Virus record (IMG/VR): IMGVR_UViG_3300011430_000004
Location: 1 to 48,897 of that record
DNA from: a virus
DNA length: 48,897 bases
Strand: one strand, 5' to 3'
Shown: piece by piece, positions 25,449 through 33,921 of the stretch
Position numbering within the stretch: position 1 is the first letter of the stretch
Layout: the number at the start of each line of letters is the position of its first letter
Notes under the pieces: generated by a model
What the model was told of the DNA's origin: nothing
Seen by the model: the letters and a program-made list of their open reading frames with translations, nothing else
Database searches by the model: none
Made by a program: the position numbers and the translations under genes

Positions 25449-25643
25449 TTACAAATCGCGTATCTGCTCCGCCTTAGAAGGAATACACGCGCCAAACAAA
25501 ACTTCGTCGGTCTTCGGGTCAAGCTCTAAAGCAGCAACCTTAGTCCGCCCGTACTCCACACACGAAGCCGCGTCGTTAAAAGGCTTCCGCTCAACTTCTA
25601 AAACCCCAAGCGACATCCAGACAATTAAAGCAATAACAATCAT
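25449..25643 (-). CDS. signal-anchored small protein (64 aa)
   Basis: N-terminal helix MIVIALIVWMSLGVL, then a soluble part with two Cys. Overlaps the portal stop (ATGA). Confidence 0.5.
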   Translation of the reverse strand: MIVIALIVWMSLGVLEVERKPFNDAASCVEYGRTKVAALELDPKTDEVLFGACIPSKAEQIRDL

Positions 25644-27766
25644 TCTTCGGACTCCTCGTTTTTAGTTTTTTCAGGGGCAGCGGCCTTGATAACTTCCTTC
25701 TGGATATCCATCCGGCCTTTTTCCAATGCAAGCTGGCCCTTCTGCAAATCAACTTGGCCCTTCATCTGCGCCACTTGACCCTTAATCTTTTCGTTCTCGC
25801 CCTTCTGTCTTTCTACCTCGACCTGCGATTGATCTTGCGATTCAGGAACCTGCTTCTTTATTAGCTCTTTCTCGATCTCCGTCTTACTCTTAAGCTCCTG
25901 GGTCGTTTCCGGTGCATTTTCTCGCACCCACTGCGCGACCTGCGGAGCCCCCATCTTGTCGTAATAGAAAGCCCGCTCCATCGGGGGTAATTGATCGATT
26001 GTCGCGTTGATCGAAATCTTAGGCTCCGTCGGAGGCGGCTTACCCTGCTCCTCGATCTCCTTCGCAAACTCGTTCTTGTCCCGAAGGTCGCTCATGAGAA
26101 TCATCTTTTTCATCCAAAACGGCCCAAGCTGCTGAAGCTGTGGAACATACTGCAACAACAACGCCCACTGCTCCTGCTGGAGTGTTTCGGTGTCCGCAAA
26201 ATCGGACGCAACAACGTCATATTGCGCGGACTTAATCTTTTGCAGCAAAGGGACCGTGAGATTTACAACCCTCGACTTCTCTTCACTGTCCGTAATCAAC
26301 AAAGTCTTTTCTTTGGTAAAATAATTCTGCACCCGCTCAAGCACTACTCGCCCGGTGATCTTTCGTGTGCGACGAAGGTTTGAAAAGAGCCGCGCTACGG
26401 GCTTGTTCGACTCCGAAAACTTGCGCTTAAGCCCTGCGGCTGAACGGATCTCTTGGGTGTTCTGCGCGATACGAGGATCGACGCCAGTAATCCGATAATA
26501 GTCTTCTTTCGAAGCCCCGTGCATGGCAAACTGTGATTGTGCCAACTCAAGGTTATTGCGTAGAAGAATTTTTTCTTGAGCTAAAGCCCCATCTTCAACA
26601 GTCGCAACTCCGTCCGGCTTATGGATCTCTTCTTGGTATAGATCCTTATCGGTAATAGCCCCACGCTCCGCGATAGTCTGATTCGAATTCAACAAGTGTA
26701 AGGCTTTCGACTCTCTCTTATTGATAGCGTCCTGCATCGTCAACGCGAGAGAGATAGGGCCATAAGGAGCCCCGTTTTTCTTTCGATACACCCAATAAGG
26801 AATCAGCGAATAATACTTGTTTCGTGTGACCTTGTGCTCAAGCAGAATCCGCGAAGTAAAAACCGCGGTACAAAGCTTTTTCTTGAGGCGTTCAATCTTC
26901 TCGTAATCAACGCCCTCTTCAAGATCCTTGACTAATTCCTTGCCTTCTTCTTCCTGTACGGTCTGACCGTCTATGAGATAGATGCACTCGCGAACCGGCT
27001 TCTTATACTCCATCGTGACAAGACGAATCTTGCGCCGCTCGCAGTCCACATAATTTGCATTCTTAAATGCATCAACCGAGCTAATCTGTGACCCCATGCC
27101 CGTCTGTTCGTCGGACACAAGCCCTTCAAGCTCTGCCTTGGCCTTGGGGTATTTTGCGACTACATCTTCAAGCGGAAACCATTTTGCCGTGGCGACAAAG
27201 TTTGCATCTTCGTTCCAATCGTAGCGCCGTGAATCGGGGTCCGGATAAACCGACAACACGTCTTCGTGCTGAATCTTGATTTCCGGCTGATACAGGTCAT
27301 CGAATTCAACACGAACAGCCAAAACACCGGCCCCGGACGTGAACCCGTCGGCGGCCATATCCGTTTCCTCGAATTCAAGATCGTTCGATTGACGAACGTA
27401 AAGAAAGACATCGGTGAGAGCATCGGCCCCCGCCTTGTCTTCCGCGTCATTACGGCCCCGAAATCCAATCCTGTATTGCTGCTCGGTAAGTTGCCCCATT
27501 AAAGTAGAGACTGTAACCGACACCTGGTTGTTCACCGTAGGGGGCTGTCCACGCTCCTCAAGAATCGCCAACTCTTCTTTGGTCCACTGATTACCCTCGC
27601 AATACTGAAAACAGCGGATCATCTCCTTACGAGCATCGATCCATGAGGGATGGTCCAGCGCATAGGAAAAGTAGCCGTCTAGCTTAACTAGAAGCTCCTC
27701 TTTCTCTTTTGCGCTTTTCGCTTCTTTTTCTGGATCGGCTTCGTAAGGCATTATGCGGTTTTCCAA
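25640..27766 (-). CDS. portal protein (708 aa)
   Basis: Directly downstream of, and overlapping, the large terminase. Size fits. QYCEGNQWTKEE is a portal-like motif, and the C-terminus is charged and coiled. Confidence 0.8.
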   Translation of the reverse strand: MENRIMPYEADPEKEAKSAKEKEELLVKLDGYFSYALDHPSWIDARKEMIRCFQYCEGNQWTKEELAILEERGQPPTVNNQVSVTVSTLMGQLTEQQYRIGFRGRNDAEDKAGADALTDVFLYVRQSNDLEFEETDMAADGFTSGAGVLAVRVEFDDLYQPEIKIQHEDVLSVYPDPDSRRYDWNEDANFVATAKWFPLEDVVAKYPKAKAELEGLVSDEQTGMGSQISSVDAFKNANYVDCERRKIRLVTMEYKKPVRECIYLIDGQTVQEEEGKELVKDLEEGVDYEKIERLKKKLCTAVFTSRILLEHKVTRNKYYSLIPYWVYRKKNGAPYGPISLALTMQDAINKRESKALHLLNSNQTIAERGAITDKDLYQEEIHKPDGVATVEDGALAQEKILLRNNLELAQSQFAMHGASKEDYYRITGVDPRIAQNTQEIRSAAGLKRKFSESNKPVARLFSNLRRTRKITGRVVLERVQNYFTKEKTLLITDSEEKSRVVNLTVPLLQKIKSAQYDVVASDFADTETLQQEQWALLLQYVPQLQQLGPFWMKKMILMSDLRDKNEFAKEIEEQGKPPPTEPKISINATIDQLPPMERAFYYDKMGAPQVAQWVRENAPETTQELKSKTEIEKELIKKQVPESQDQSQVEVERQKGENEKIKGQVAQMKGQVDLQKGQLALEKGRMDIQKEVIKAAAPEKTKNEESEE

Positions 27767-29262
27767 CTAGTCTTAGATTTCTTACCCTTAGTTTGCTTGA
27801 CGCTCTTGTTGAACATTTTCCGGATTAGATCCGGTCCCCACATTTCAGTCTGAATCAAAGAATCTGCTCTATTGGGCGAATCAACACCCCGACGCTTCAT
27901 TTCCTTCTTCGTCTCGATCTTGATTTTTCCGGTCACTTCCTCGTAACGAGGGGCGTTAAGATCCCCGTGAAGCAACGGGTCGTCCGGAATGGACAGGAAC
28001 CCTTTTTCGAAAGACGTTCGTGTTCGCCACCAAAGTTCGTCACGAAGCCGGTAGAACCGGTGAGCATTAAAAGCAGTGTTCGCAACGTTGATCCCGTAAA
28101 CATCAATCTTCGCGGCTTCAAGTCGTTTCCTCAGTCCGCCCTCAATACCCCACCCGACGCCGATAGAATCTAGCAGCAACGCTTTCGGCGCAGGGTCATT
28201 CGCGAGGATCTCGCGAGATGCCCACTCAATCAACGCGTTCGACTCTGAATAGCCCGCCACTTGCAGCGGAGCTACAAGAGGCCCTGTTCTATGTAGGAGA
28301 CAGCTTTCATCTCCCCCCGCGCCAACGTCCAGCGAATATATTGTTGGATCGTCGGACACGACTTCCATCTCACGATCTACGGCATCAATAATCCATTCCC
28401 ACGGAATGACCGTGTTCTCCCCTGAGAGAGGGGGCAAGCCAAGAACTCGAATACGAAAGGTGTTACTTTCTCTTCCGTATTTTTTCTCCAACCGCTCAAC
28501 AGAATCCTTCGTAACTATCTCGGACTCTTCCGCGTTCCACCGATAAGCCATCCAGTTTTCCCGGTCGCGGTTGTGCGTGTCATATGCAAAGCCCTTAGCC
28601 CGCGTCGGATTAAAGAACAGGAGGCAAAGGTTACACATTCGTGTAAGGGTAGACTCAAGGGGACGAAACACGGGGTCCGGAATACCGGACGCTTCATCAC
28701 CGATGATAAGGAGATAATCTTCGTGCAGTCCGGCCAACGTCTCTGCTTGTTCTTCCGCGCTGTTCCTCGTGTTCGCGGTGCGTGTGACGGCGAACCACTG
28801 TTGACCCAACGCTTCATTGAAATAGAACTTATCAGTCTGCCAAGTGAACCAGTCCTTAAGCTTCGAACGTTGATGCCACTTCGCCAACTCCGCCCACAAA
28901 GTAATCTGCAACTGCTTAGCTGACGGCGACGTAACAGCGATCTTCGCGAAAGGAAAACAAGTAAGGAACCAAATTATCACCCACGAAGCGGAAGCACCTT
29001 TGCCAGTCCCAACACCACTCATCACGCTTGTACCAAACTTGCGGTTTAAAATCTGCTCGCGTTCAGTGACAGGGAATCCGTCTATAAGCTTGCCCGTCGC
29101 GTTCCACTTGTAAACCTTAATCTTCGCCCAGACCATTTCGCACAACTCTATGAGGTAGGCTTTCTGCTGTGCGGAAGGGTCAATGCCGAAAACATCCTTA
29201 ACGAACTTAGGAATATCCTTAGCCCAAGTAAGGATTATACTGGCTTGCTCGGACTTAGGCAT
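27751..29262 (-). CDS. terL: terminase large subunit
   Basis: Walker A-like GVGTGKGASASW, Walker B LLIIGDEASGI, and nuclease-domain acidic motifs (SLDVGAGGDES). The position before the portal fits. Confidence 0.9.
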   Translation of the reverse strand: MPKSEQASIILTWAKDIPKFVKDVFGIDPSAQQKAYLIELCEMVWAKIKVYKWNATGKLIDGFPVTEREQILNRKFGTSVMSGVGTGKGASASWVIIWFLTCFPFAKIAVTSPSAKQLQITLWAELAKWHQRSKLKDWFTWQTDKFYFNEALGQQWFAVTRTANTRNSAEEQAETLAGLHEDYLLIIGDEASGIPDPVFRPLESTLTRMCNLCLLFFNPTRAKGFAYDTHNRDRENWMAYRWNAEESEIVTKDSVERLEKKYGRESNTFRIRVLGLPPLSGENTVIPWEWIIDAVDREMEVVSDDPTIYSLDVGAGGDESCLLHRTGPLVAPLQVAGYSESNALIEWASREILANDPAPKALLLDSIGVGWGIEGGLRKRLEAAKIDVYGINVANTAFNAHRFYRLRDELWWRTRTSFEKGFLSIPDDPLLHGDLNAPRYEEVTGKIKIETKKEMKRRGVDSPNRADSLIQTEMWGPDLIRKMFNKSVKQTKGKKSKTSWKTA

Positions 29263-29458
29263 TACCTTGAGCCCCCATCGAAATAAACTTGCAGACCTCT
29301 GTAAGCTCTGCCCGTTCGTCGTCCGACACTTCCCCGCCGTCCGAATGGCGCAGGCCCCAAAATAAATGGCCGTCTTCGAAAAAGGGCCTTAGCAGAAAAT
29401 CTTTGTACTGAAACAGGGGCGGGGTGCGGGTGACTTCATTAATCGGCGCAATAGACAT
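29255..29458 (-). CDS. hypothetical small protein (67 aa), start uncertain
   Basis: Internal ATG 29456..29458 was chosen because the longer ORF overlaps 29439..29744 extensively. Its stop overlaps the terL start. No clear SD. Confidence 0.4.
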   Translation of the reverse strand: MSIAPINEVTRTPPLFQYKDFLLRPFFEDGHLFWGLRHSDGGEVSDDERAELTEVCKFISMGAQGNA

Positions 29459-29744
29459 AGAGCTTGCCGTGTCCGAGGGTAGGGATGATAAGTCCGTTGA
29501 CCGGAAGCGGGGGATTGAACATAGTCGGCGGAGAGAGTGGAAAAAAAGCATTGTTCACCGTACCCTCATCAAGCAGTGTGTCTTCCCAAATAGCGTTACC
29601 GTTCTTGTCTGTAAGCACAGCCGCATCGCCGATGGTGGTAGCGCCGACCCACCGAATAGCGGTGACGGCCAAGCGACGATGAGTGACTACCGTGGCGGCT
29701 GCTGTGTCAAGTACGATTACGTTTTGTCCAACTACGTTTGCCAT
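29439..29744 (-). CDS. hypothetical protein (101 aa)
   Basis: Clean beta-rich ORF between the TerS-like and TerL genes. Confidence 0.5.
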   Translation of the reverse strand: MANVVGQNVIVLDTAAATVVTHRRLAVTAIRWVGATTIGDAAVLTDKNGNAIWEDTLLDEGTVNNAFFPLSPPTMFNPPLPVNGLIIPTLGHGKLYVYCAD

Positions 29745-29755
29745 GATTTTCCTTT

Positions 29756-29983
29756 TTAAAACTTTTTTGCATTTTCGACGGACTTGATAATTTTGAATTC
29801 GTGGTCGTCAAGATACAGGTAATATTCTGAGAGACCCACGCCCGACTTAACGAACTTCACAAGCACACGGTTGACCGGAGGGACAAGCTCATCGCACTTG
29901 ATATTTTCGACAACGTAGCCGATAGCGTCCGGTCGTGCCCAATGATTCGAAAGCACTTTGATCTTATCACCGGCTGAAGCCAT
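29756..29983 (-). CDS. hypothetical protein (75 aa)
   Basis: Clean ORF that abuts the TerS-like gene. Confidence 0.55.
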   Translation of the reverse strand: MASAGDKIKVLSNHWARPDAIGYVVENIKCDELVPPVNRVLVKFVKSGVGLSEYYLYLDDHEFKIIKSVENAKKF

Positions 29984-29984
29984 T

Positions 29985-30416
29985 TTACTTTTCGAATTTC
30001 GACTCTTCTTCGTGGGCTTCCATGATGATCTTCGTCAGGGTTGCGACATTCGCCGTGCTCTTTCCCTCAAGTAATCGTAGCTGTTGAAAAGAGCGATCCA
30101 TGAGAGCGATTGATTCGATTGGGTTCATCGTCGCGGCTAGATCGTGAAGGCGGTCCTTGGCCCGCACGTTCAGCACTGTTAAATCCCAAATCTCTTTTTC
30201 TTTGATCTGCTGAATTTTCTGTTCCATGCGCGGGTCCGTGTAGGCTTCCCGATTGGCGAGATACTTGTCGATGGTGTGTCCGCTCATCCCGGTTCGCTTC
30301 TCAATCGCGTACTTGCTGTTTCCCATGTCGCGGAGCGCGAACAATTCGGCTTTCTCTTGTCGAGTAAGCTTCTTACCCCTCTTTCTATGCCTTACTACAC
30401 GCGGCGGCTTCATCAT
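29985..30416 (-). CDS. HTH DNA-binding protein, small terminase subunit candidate (143 aa)
   Basis: First gene of the late arm. Basic N-terminus, HTH-like GNSKYAIEKRTGMSGHTIDKYL, and a helical oligomerisation-like C-terminus. Assignment is by position and architecture. Confidence 0.45.
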   Translation of the reverse strand: MMKPPRVVRHRKRGKKLTRQEKAELFALRDMGNSKYAIEKRTGMSGHTIDKYLANREAYTDPRMEQKIQQIKEKEIWDLTVLNVRAKDRLHDLAATMNPIESIALMDRSFQQLRLLEGKSTANVATLTKIIMEAHEEESKFEK

Positions 30417-30935
30417 GGACGTACCCCTTCAATATAAGTATGCCAACCGCCGAGTTTTGACCAGAAAGTTTAGGCCGGAAAAGTGGTGAAGGGTCTGGAA
30501 ATGTTGAAGAAAAAAATATTTTTCTCTTTTTATTTTTGACATGCGGTAAACGCCACTAGCCCAGGTATCCACCCTTCCCATCCCCCGGTGCCCCGTACCT
30601 AAGCCCCGGTCTCGAATCCCGTGATATTGCTGATAATTTATAACTAGGGGATGAAGAGAGCAAAGCCCGGTCGGCTTGGGCGTGTAATATAAGCTAACGA
30701 TTTCGCTAGATTATATGTAAACGTTCTTTACTTTAGTGGATCGAGCGTAACCCCGGTGACAACGATAGACCTATTATTGACAGCACAAAGCCTTGTGTTG
30801 TCGCATAGTTGCCAGTGAAGTGACGTAAATGTCCAAGCGCTTGACACTTATGTAAGCCCCGCTGACATTTCTCTTTTTGTTCGTCTGCCAAATAGTCACT
30901 GGTTACGACATGATAAGCCAAAATGTCATATAACC

Positions 30936-30965
30936 TTATGGCATGTAAGATGCTAAGCTTACTAT
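30936..30965 (+). promoter_or_regulatory. candidate sigma70-type early promoter (TTATGG-18 nt-TACTAT)
   Basis: The hexamers at 30936..30941 and 30960..30965 lie about 40 nt upstream of the first plus-strand ORF. This is a weak match read by eye only. Confidence 0.2.
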
Positions 30966-31004
30966 CAAGTTCGAATCAACACAAAACTGAAAGGAGCAAA
31001 TAAA

Positions 31005-31130
31005 ATGAAGACAAGCGAATACCTCAAGCAAGTAAGACTAGCAATCGCGCTCGGTGATAGGCGTGGTTTGCAAATCTTACTTGACCGGTATAAGATTGCG
31101 GATGAAGTCTGCACTATCGTTAAGGAGTAA
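31005..31130 (+). CDS. small ORF (41 aa), first early gene candidate
   Basis: SD AAAGGAG lies 8 nt upstream of ATG 31005, MKTSEYLKQVRLAIALGDRRGLQILLDRYKIADEVCTIVKE. Below the ORF-track cutoff. Confidence 0.45.
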   Translation: MKTSEYLKQVRLAIALGDRRGLQILLDRYKIADEVCTIVKE

Positions 31131-31135
31131 TTGTA

Positions 31136-31357
31136 ATGCCAACAGCAACAAAGATCAAAACAGACCTGGAAGCAAAGGCTAGAATCACAGCAGAGCATAC
31201 TGAAGTATTAGCCGTGTTTACTCCGTATGCAGTGACAAAGGCTTCATACTTCGATCTAGCAAGGCATATTGCAAAGATCGAAGAAAACGCAACTGGAAGT
31301 AAGTTCGAACCATTGTACTCCGATCAAGGATTCTGTTTAATCCGCAAAGCAAAGTAA
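31136..31357 (+). CDS. hypothetical protein (73 aa)
   Basis: SD AAGGAG upstream. Clean ORF. Confidence 0.6.
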   Translation: MPTATKIKTDLEAKARITAEHTEVLAVFTPYAVTKASYFDLARHIAKIEENATGSKFEPLYSDQGFCLIRKAK

Positions 31358-31396
31358 TGTAGCAAGTCGCGAATAATGTGAAAGGATAAAATCACT

Positions 31397-32461
31397 ATGT
31401 CGCATGAACTGTACAGTAACGATGATATGGTCTACGTGGGTGCTGCACCTTGGCATGGCTTAGGTGAATCAGTTGACTCGATTGACTCTCTCCCTCGGTG
31501 CTTAGACTGGCAAGTATGTAAGCTAGGCATGTCGTTCCGGTTTGAATCGCAAGGTGAGCGTTTCGAATTTGACAGCCAATATAAAGCATTGGTTCGAAGT
31601 GACAACCATGCAGAGCTAGGCATAGCAACGGATCAATACGAACCCCATCAAAACGCTAAGCTATGGGAAACCTTTAAATCCTTCTGTGACGCTGGAAACA
31701 TGAAGATTGAGACAGCGGGCACTCTCCGTGGTGGCAAGATTGTTTGGATACTCGCAAAGATTGATCGGGGTTTCTCGATCAACGGCGACAAACAAGAACT
31801 ATATGCTTTGATTGCTACCGCTCACGACCGAAGTATGGTTACTTCAATCAAGCCGACGTATATAAGAGTAGTCTGCTATAATACTCTCTCCGCAGCGCTG
31901 ACAAGCTTGGAAGGAGCATTCAAGCAATCACACCGGAGTGACTTCAATGGCAAGAGAGCTAAGGATTTTGTCGCTCATTCAATCCTAGGGTTTGAAGACT
32001 ATCAGAAACAAGTGATAACGCTCACCGCTATCGATCTTACATCGATCAATCGTCCAATCTCCGAAGCATACGCCACGGAGTTAGTTAACACGGATCTGTT
32101 TAACAGTGCCGCAAGCGCAATTACTCACACCGACATTACTAAGGAAATGGATGCAATGGCTCGTAAGCAATTCGTCCGTCTTCTAACAGAGAATGATAGC
32201 GCGTCAAGAGAGTTTTGCACCCTCGTAGAAAAGGATGCTAACAGACCTGTTAAGCACCTACTGCACGACATTAAGACGGAGCAAGCTGGCATCGCAAATA
32301 AGACGGCCTGGGGAATGTTTAACGGAGTAACTCGCTACATCGATCATACTCACGGTCGCAACGCTGACAACCGTCTGTCTAATGCGTGGTTCGGTACGGG
32401 CGCAGCTGTCAAGAGCAAGGGAATGGCTCTAGCTCTGGACTACGCCGACGCTTTGGTCTAG
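31397..32461 (+). CDS. DUF932-like phage/plasmid protein (354 aa)
   Basis: N-terminal VGAAPWHGLGESV and the overall length match the DUF932 / phage-plasmid-like protein family as recalled. Confidence 0.7.
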   Translation: MSHELYSNDDMVYVGAAPWHGLGESVDSIDSLPRCLDWQVCKLGMSFRFESQGERFEFDSQYKALVRSDNHAELGIATDQYEPHQNAKLWETFKSFCDAGNMKIETAGTLRGGKIVWILAKIDRGFSINGDKQELYALIATAHDRSMVTSIKPTYIRVVCYNTLSAALTSLEGAFKQSHRSDFNGKRAKDFVAHSILGFEDYQKQVITLTAIDLTSINRPISEAYATELVNTDLFNSAASAITHTDITKEMDAMARKQFVRLLTENDSASREFCTLVEKDANRPVKHLLHDIKTEQAGIANKTAWGMFNGVTRYIDHTHGRNADNRLSNAWFGTGAAVKSKGMALALDYADALV

Positions 32462-32473
32462 TGCCTTGTTAGG

Positions 32474-32496
32474 GTGAAGAGGGTAAGCCTCTTCGC
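32474..32496 (+). terminator. hairpin after the DUF932-like gene (weak terminator/attenuator candidate)
   Basis: gtgaagagg (32474..32482) pairs with cctcttcgc (32488..32496), including one G-U pair, across the loop gtaag. It is followed by cttata. Confidence 0.3.
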
Positions 32497-32522
32497 CTTA
32501 TAGAGGGTACTAGTTAGGAGAT

Positions 32523-32708
32523 ATGAAAATGAAAAATAATAAAACAATAGCCAACAGTTTAATAAGTGAAGGCTTTGATAAGACCTATATCCGCAGCGGC
32601 ATCGTCCATGTACAATGCTCGCAATGTGAAAGTCTCGTTATCTGCGGAATCCCGGCGCATGAACGTGGTTGCCCTAACATAAAGCCTAAGCAAACAGAAA
32701 AGGAGTAA
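32523..32708 (+). CDS. small Cys-containing protein (61 aa)
   Basis: SD AGGAG upstream. CSQCESLVICG...HERGCPN suggests a zinc-binding knuckle. Confidence 0.55.
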   Translation: MKMKNNKTIANSLISEGFDKTYIRSGIVHVQCSQCESLVICGIPAHERGCPNIKPKQTEKE

Positions 32709-32711
32709 AGA

Positions 32712-32939
32712 ATGGCAAGAGCATACCGTTTTAGAGTTATTGAGTATTTTTCATACTACGCCGTGCGAGATACTTGGTCCGGTAAAGAGCATGCTATGTC
32801 CGACGGAGTGGAATGCTTATTCACTAAGACCGGTAGATCCATGAGACCCGGTAGTGAATACTTCCGGAAGGCATGGGAAAAAGCTTTAAACGAAAATAGT
32901 AACGATACGGCGGAAGCCTATTTCAATGAGGAAAGGTAG
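32712..32939 (+). CDS. hypothetical protein (75 aa)
   Basis: SD AAGGAG upstream. Clean ORF. Confidence 0.6.
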   Translation: MARAYRFRVIEYFSYYAVRDTWSGKEHAMSDGVECLFTKTGRSMRPGSEYFRKAWEKALNENSNDTAEAYFNEER

Positions 32940-32946
32940 ACCAACC

Positions 32947-33105
32947 ATGCCAGGACATTATTACTTATATACTGTTGACGTGAAGCGGAACGGAGTCTAT
33001 CAACGTGAACAGCACACCGGGTGCAATATATGGGAGATAGCAGGCAAGCTTTCATTGCCGCTGGACTCGATCCGGTACGTTCACAAAGAAATAACCAGGA
33101 GGTAA
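32947..33105 (+). CDS. small ORF (52 aa), tentative
   Basis: ATG 32947 to TAA 33103..33105, MPGHYYLYTVDVKRNGVYQREQHTGCNIWEIAGKLSLPLDSIRYVHKEITRR. It fills the gap between two genes. Below the ORF-track cutoff. Confidence 0.4.
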   Translation: MPGHYYLYTVDVKRNGVYQREQHTGCNIWEIAGKLSLPLDSIRYVHKEITRR

Positions 33106-33107
33106 CA

Positions 33108-33542
33108 ATGGCAAGACAAAAACGCACAAAGAAGAAGTATCAAGAGCTATTCGACAACCCTGCTAGGCTATTCGGCGAAGACGCCCAAGTAGTCTTATGG
33201 CCGAATGGCGTCCCGGAGATATGGATCAAGAATCGCAACGGGACCAAAGGGGTCTGCATCACCGCAAGTGAGGGTCCAGCATGTTTCTCAGTTCGAGTCA
33301 AGCATTTCATCGGAGCATATGATTTTACAGTCTTAGCGTGTAATCCGGACTACGAACCGCAAGACATTGAACCAATCCGTGAACTAGAAGTTTGTCAGTA
33401 CAACCAAGACGAAGTATCTCAAGCTTTCAAAGCGTGGTATATGGCGGATAGCCATAACAGTGAGCACCGGACGGAACTACTCAAATCATACGAAACCTTG
33501 AAAGCGGCTAATCCGGACTATGGAGCGAGATTCAAAAAGTAG
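33108..33542 (+). CDS. hypothetical protein (144 aa)
   Basis: ATG 33108 is preceded by SD AGGAGG and is preferred over the ORF-track start at 33021. Confidence 0.6.
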   Translation: MARQKRTKKKYQELFDNPARLFGEDAQVVLWPNGVPEIWIKNRNGTKGVCITASEGPACFSVRVKHFIGAYDFTVLACNPDYEPQDIEPIRELEVCQYNQDEVSQAFKAWYMADSHNSEHRTELLKSYETLKAANPDYGARFKK

Positions 33543-33655
33543 GCGCGGAAATGTTATCTTACGATCAAAGTATAGATTGCCTGTCAACAGTGTCTTGCTT
33601 TCAGTCAATCTCTAGCGTTCGGTTAATAGCTCGGTTTCTTCAAACAGTATGTCTA

Positions 33656-33707
33656 AGTACAGTACATGCATGTATACGTAGTATACATGCATGGGTAGTA
33701 CAGTACA
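33656..33707. promoter_or_regulatory. Perfect 13-bp-arm palindrome flanked by an 11-bp direct repeat (operator/origin-like site)
   Basis: catgcatgtatac (33665..33677) and gtatacatgcatg (33681..33693) are separated by the spacer gta. AGTACAGTACA occurs at both 33656..33666 and 33697..33707. The site lies in the 33543..33720 intergenic gap. Confidence 0.5.
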
Positions 33708-33720
33708 GAAGGGTAGTTAT

Positions 33721-33918
33721 ATGAAACGCTCGGATCTTTTAAACGGTACAGAGAGAGACTTAAATCGTGTTGAATTTTATCGACGTAAACAATGGCTAGT
33801 CGCGACGTTTGAGACTCCCGGTGAAGCTTATCGTTTTTGGCTTGATCTTAAACGGGGGACCCATGCCTTGTTATATCAGGATGGCAAGTTAACGGCACGT
33901 GGCAATGGAAAGGAGTAA
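33721..33918 (+). CDS. hypothetical protein (65 aa)
   Basis: ATG 33721 is preferred over 33691, which lies inside the palindrome. A purine-rich stretch is upstream. Confidence 0.55.
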   Translation: MKRSDLLNGTERDLNRVEFYRRKQWLVATFETPGEAYRFWLDLKRGTHALLYQDGKLTARGNGKE

Positions 33919-33921
33919 ATC

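Noticed and set aside
30733-30921. 62-aa minus-strand ORF in the divergent control region
   Set aside because: It has a TTG start and no SD, and its sequence composition is not protein-like. It overlaps the TTGACA/palindrome elements. The region is kept as non-coding.
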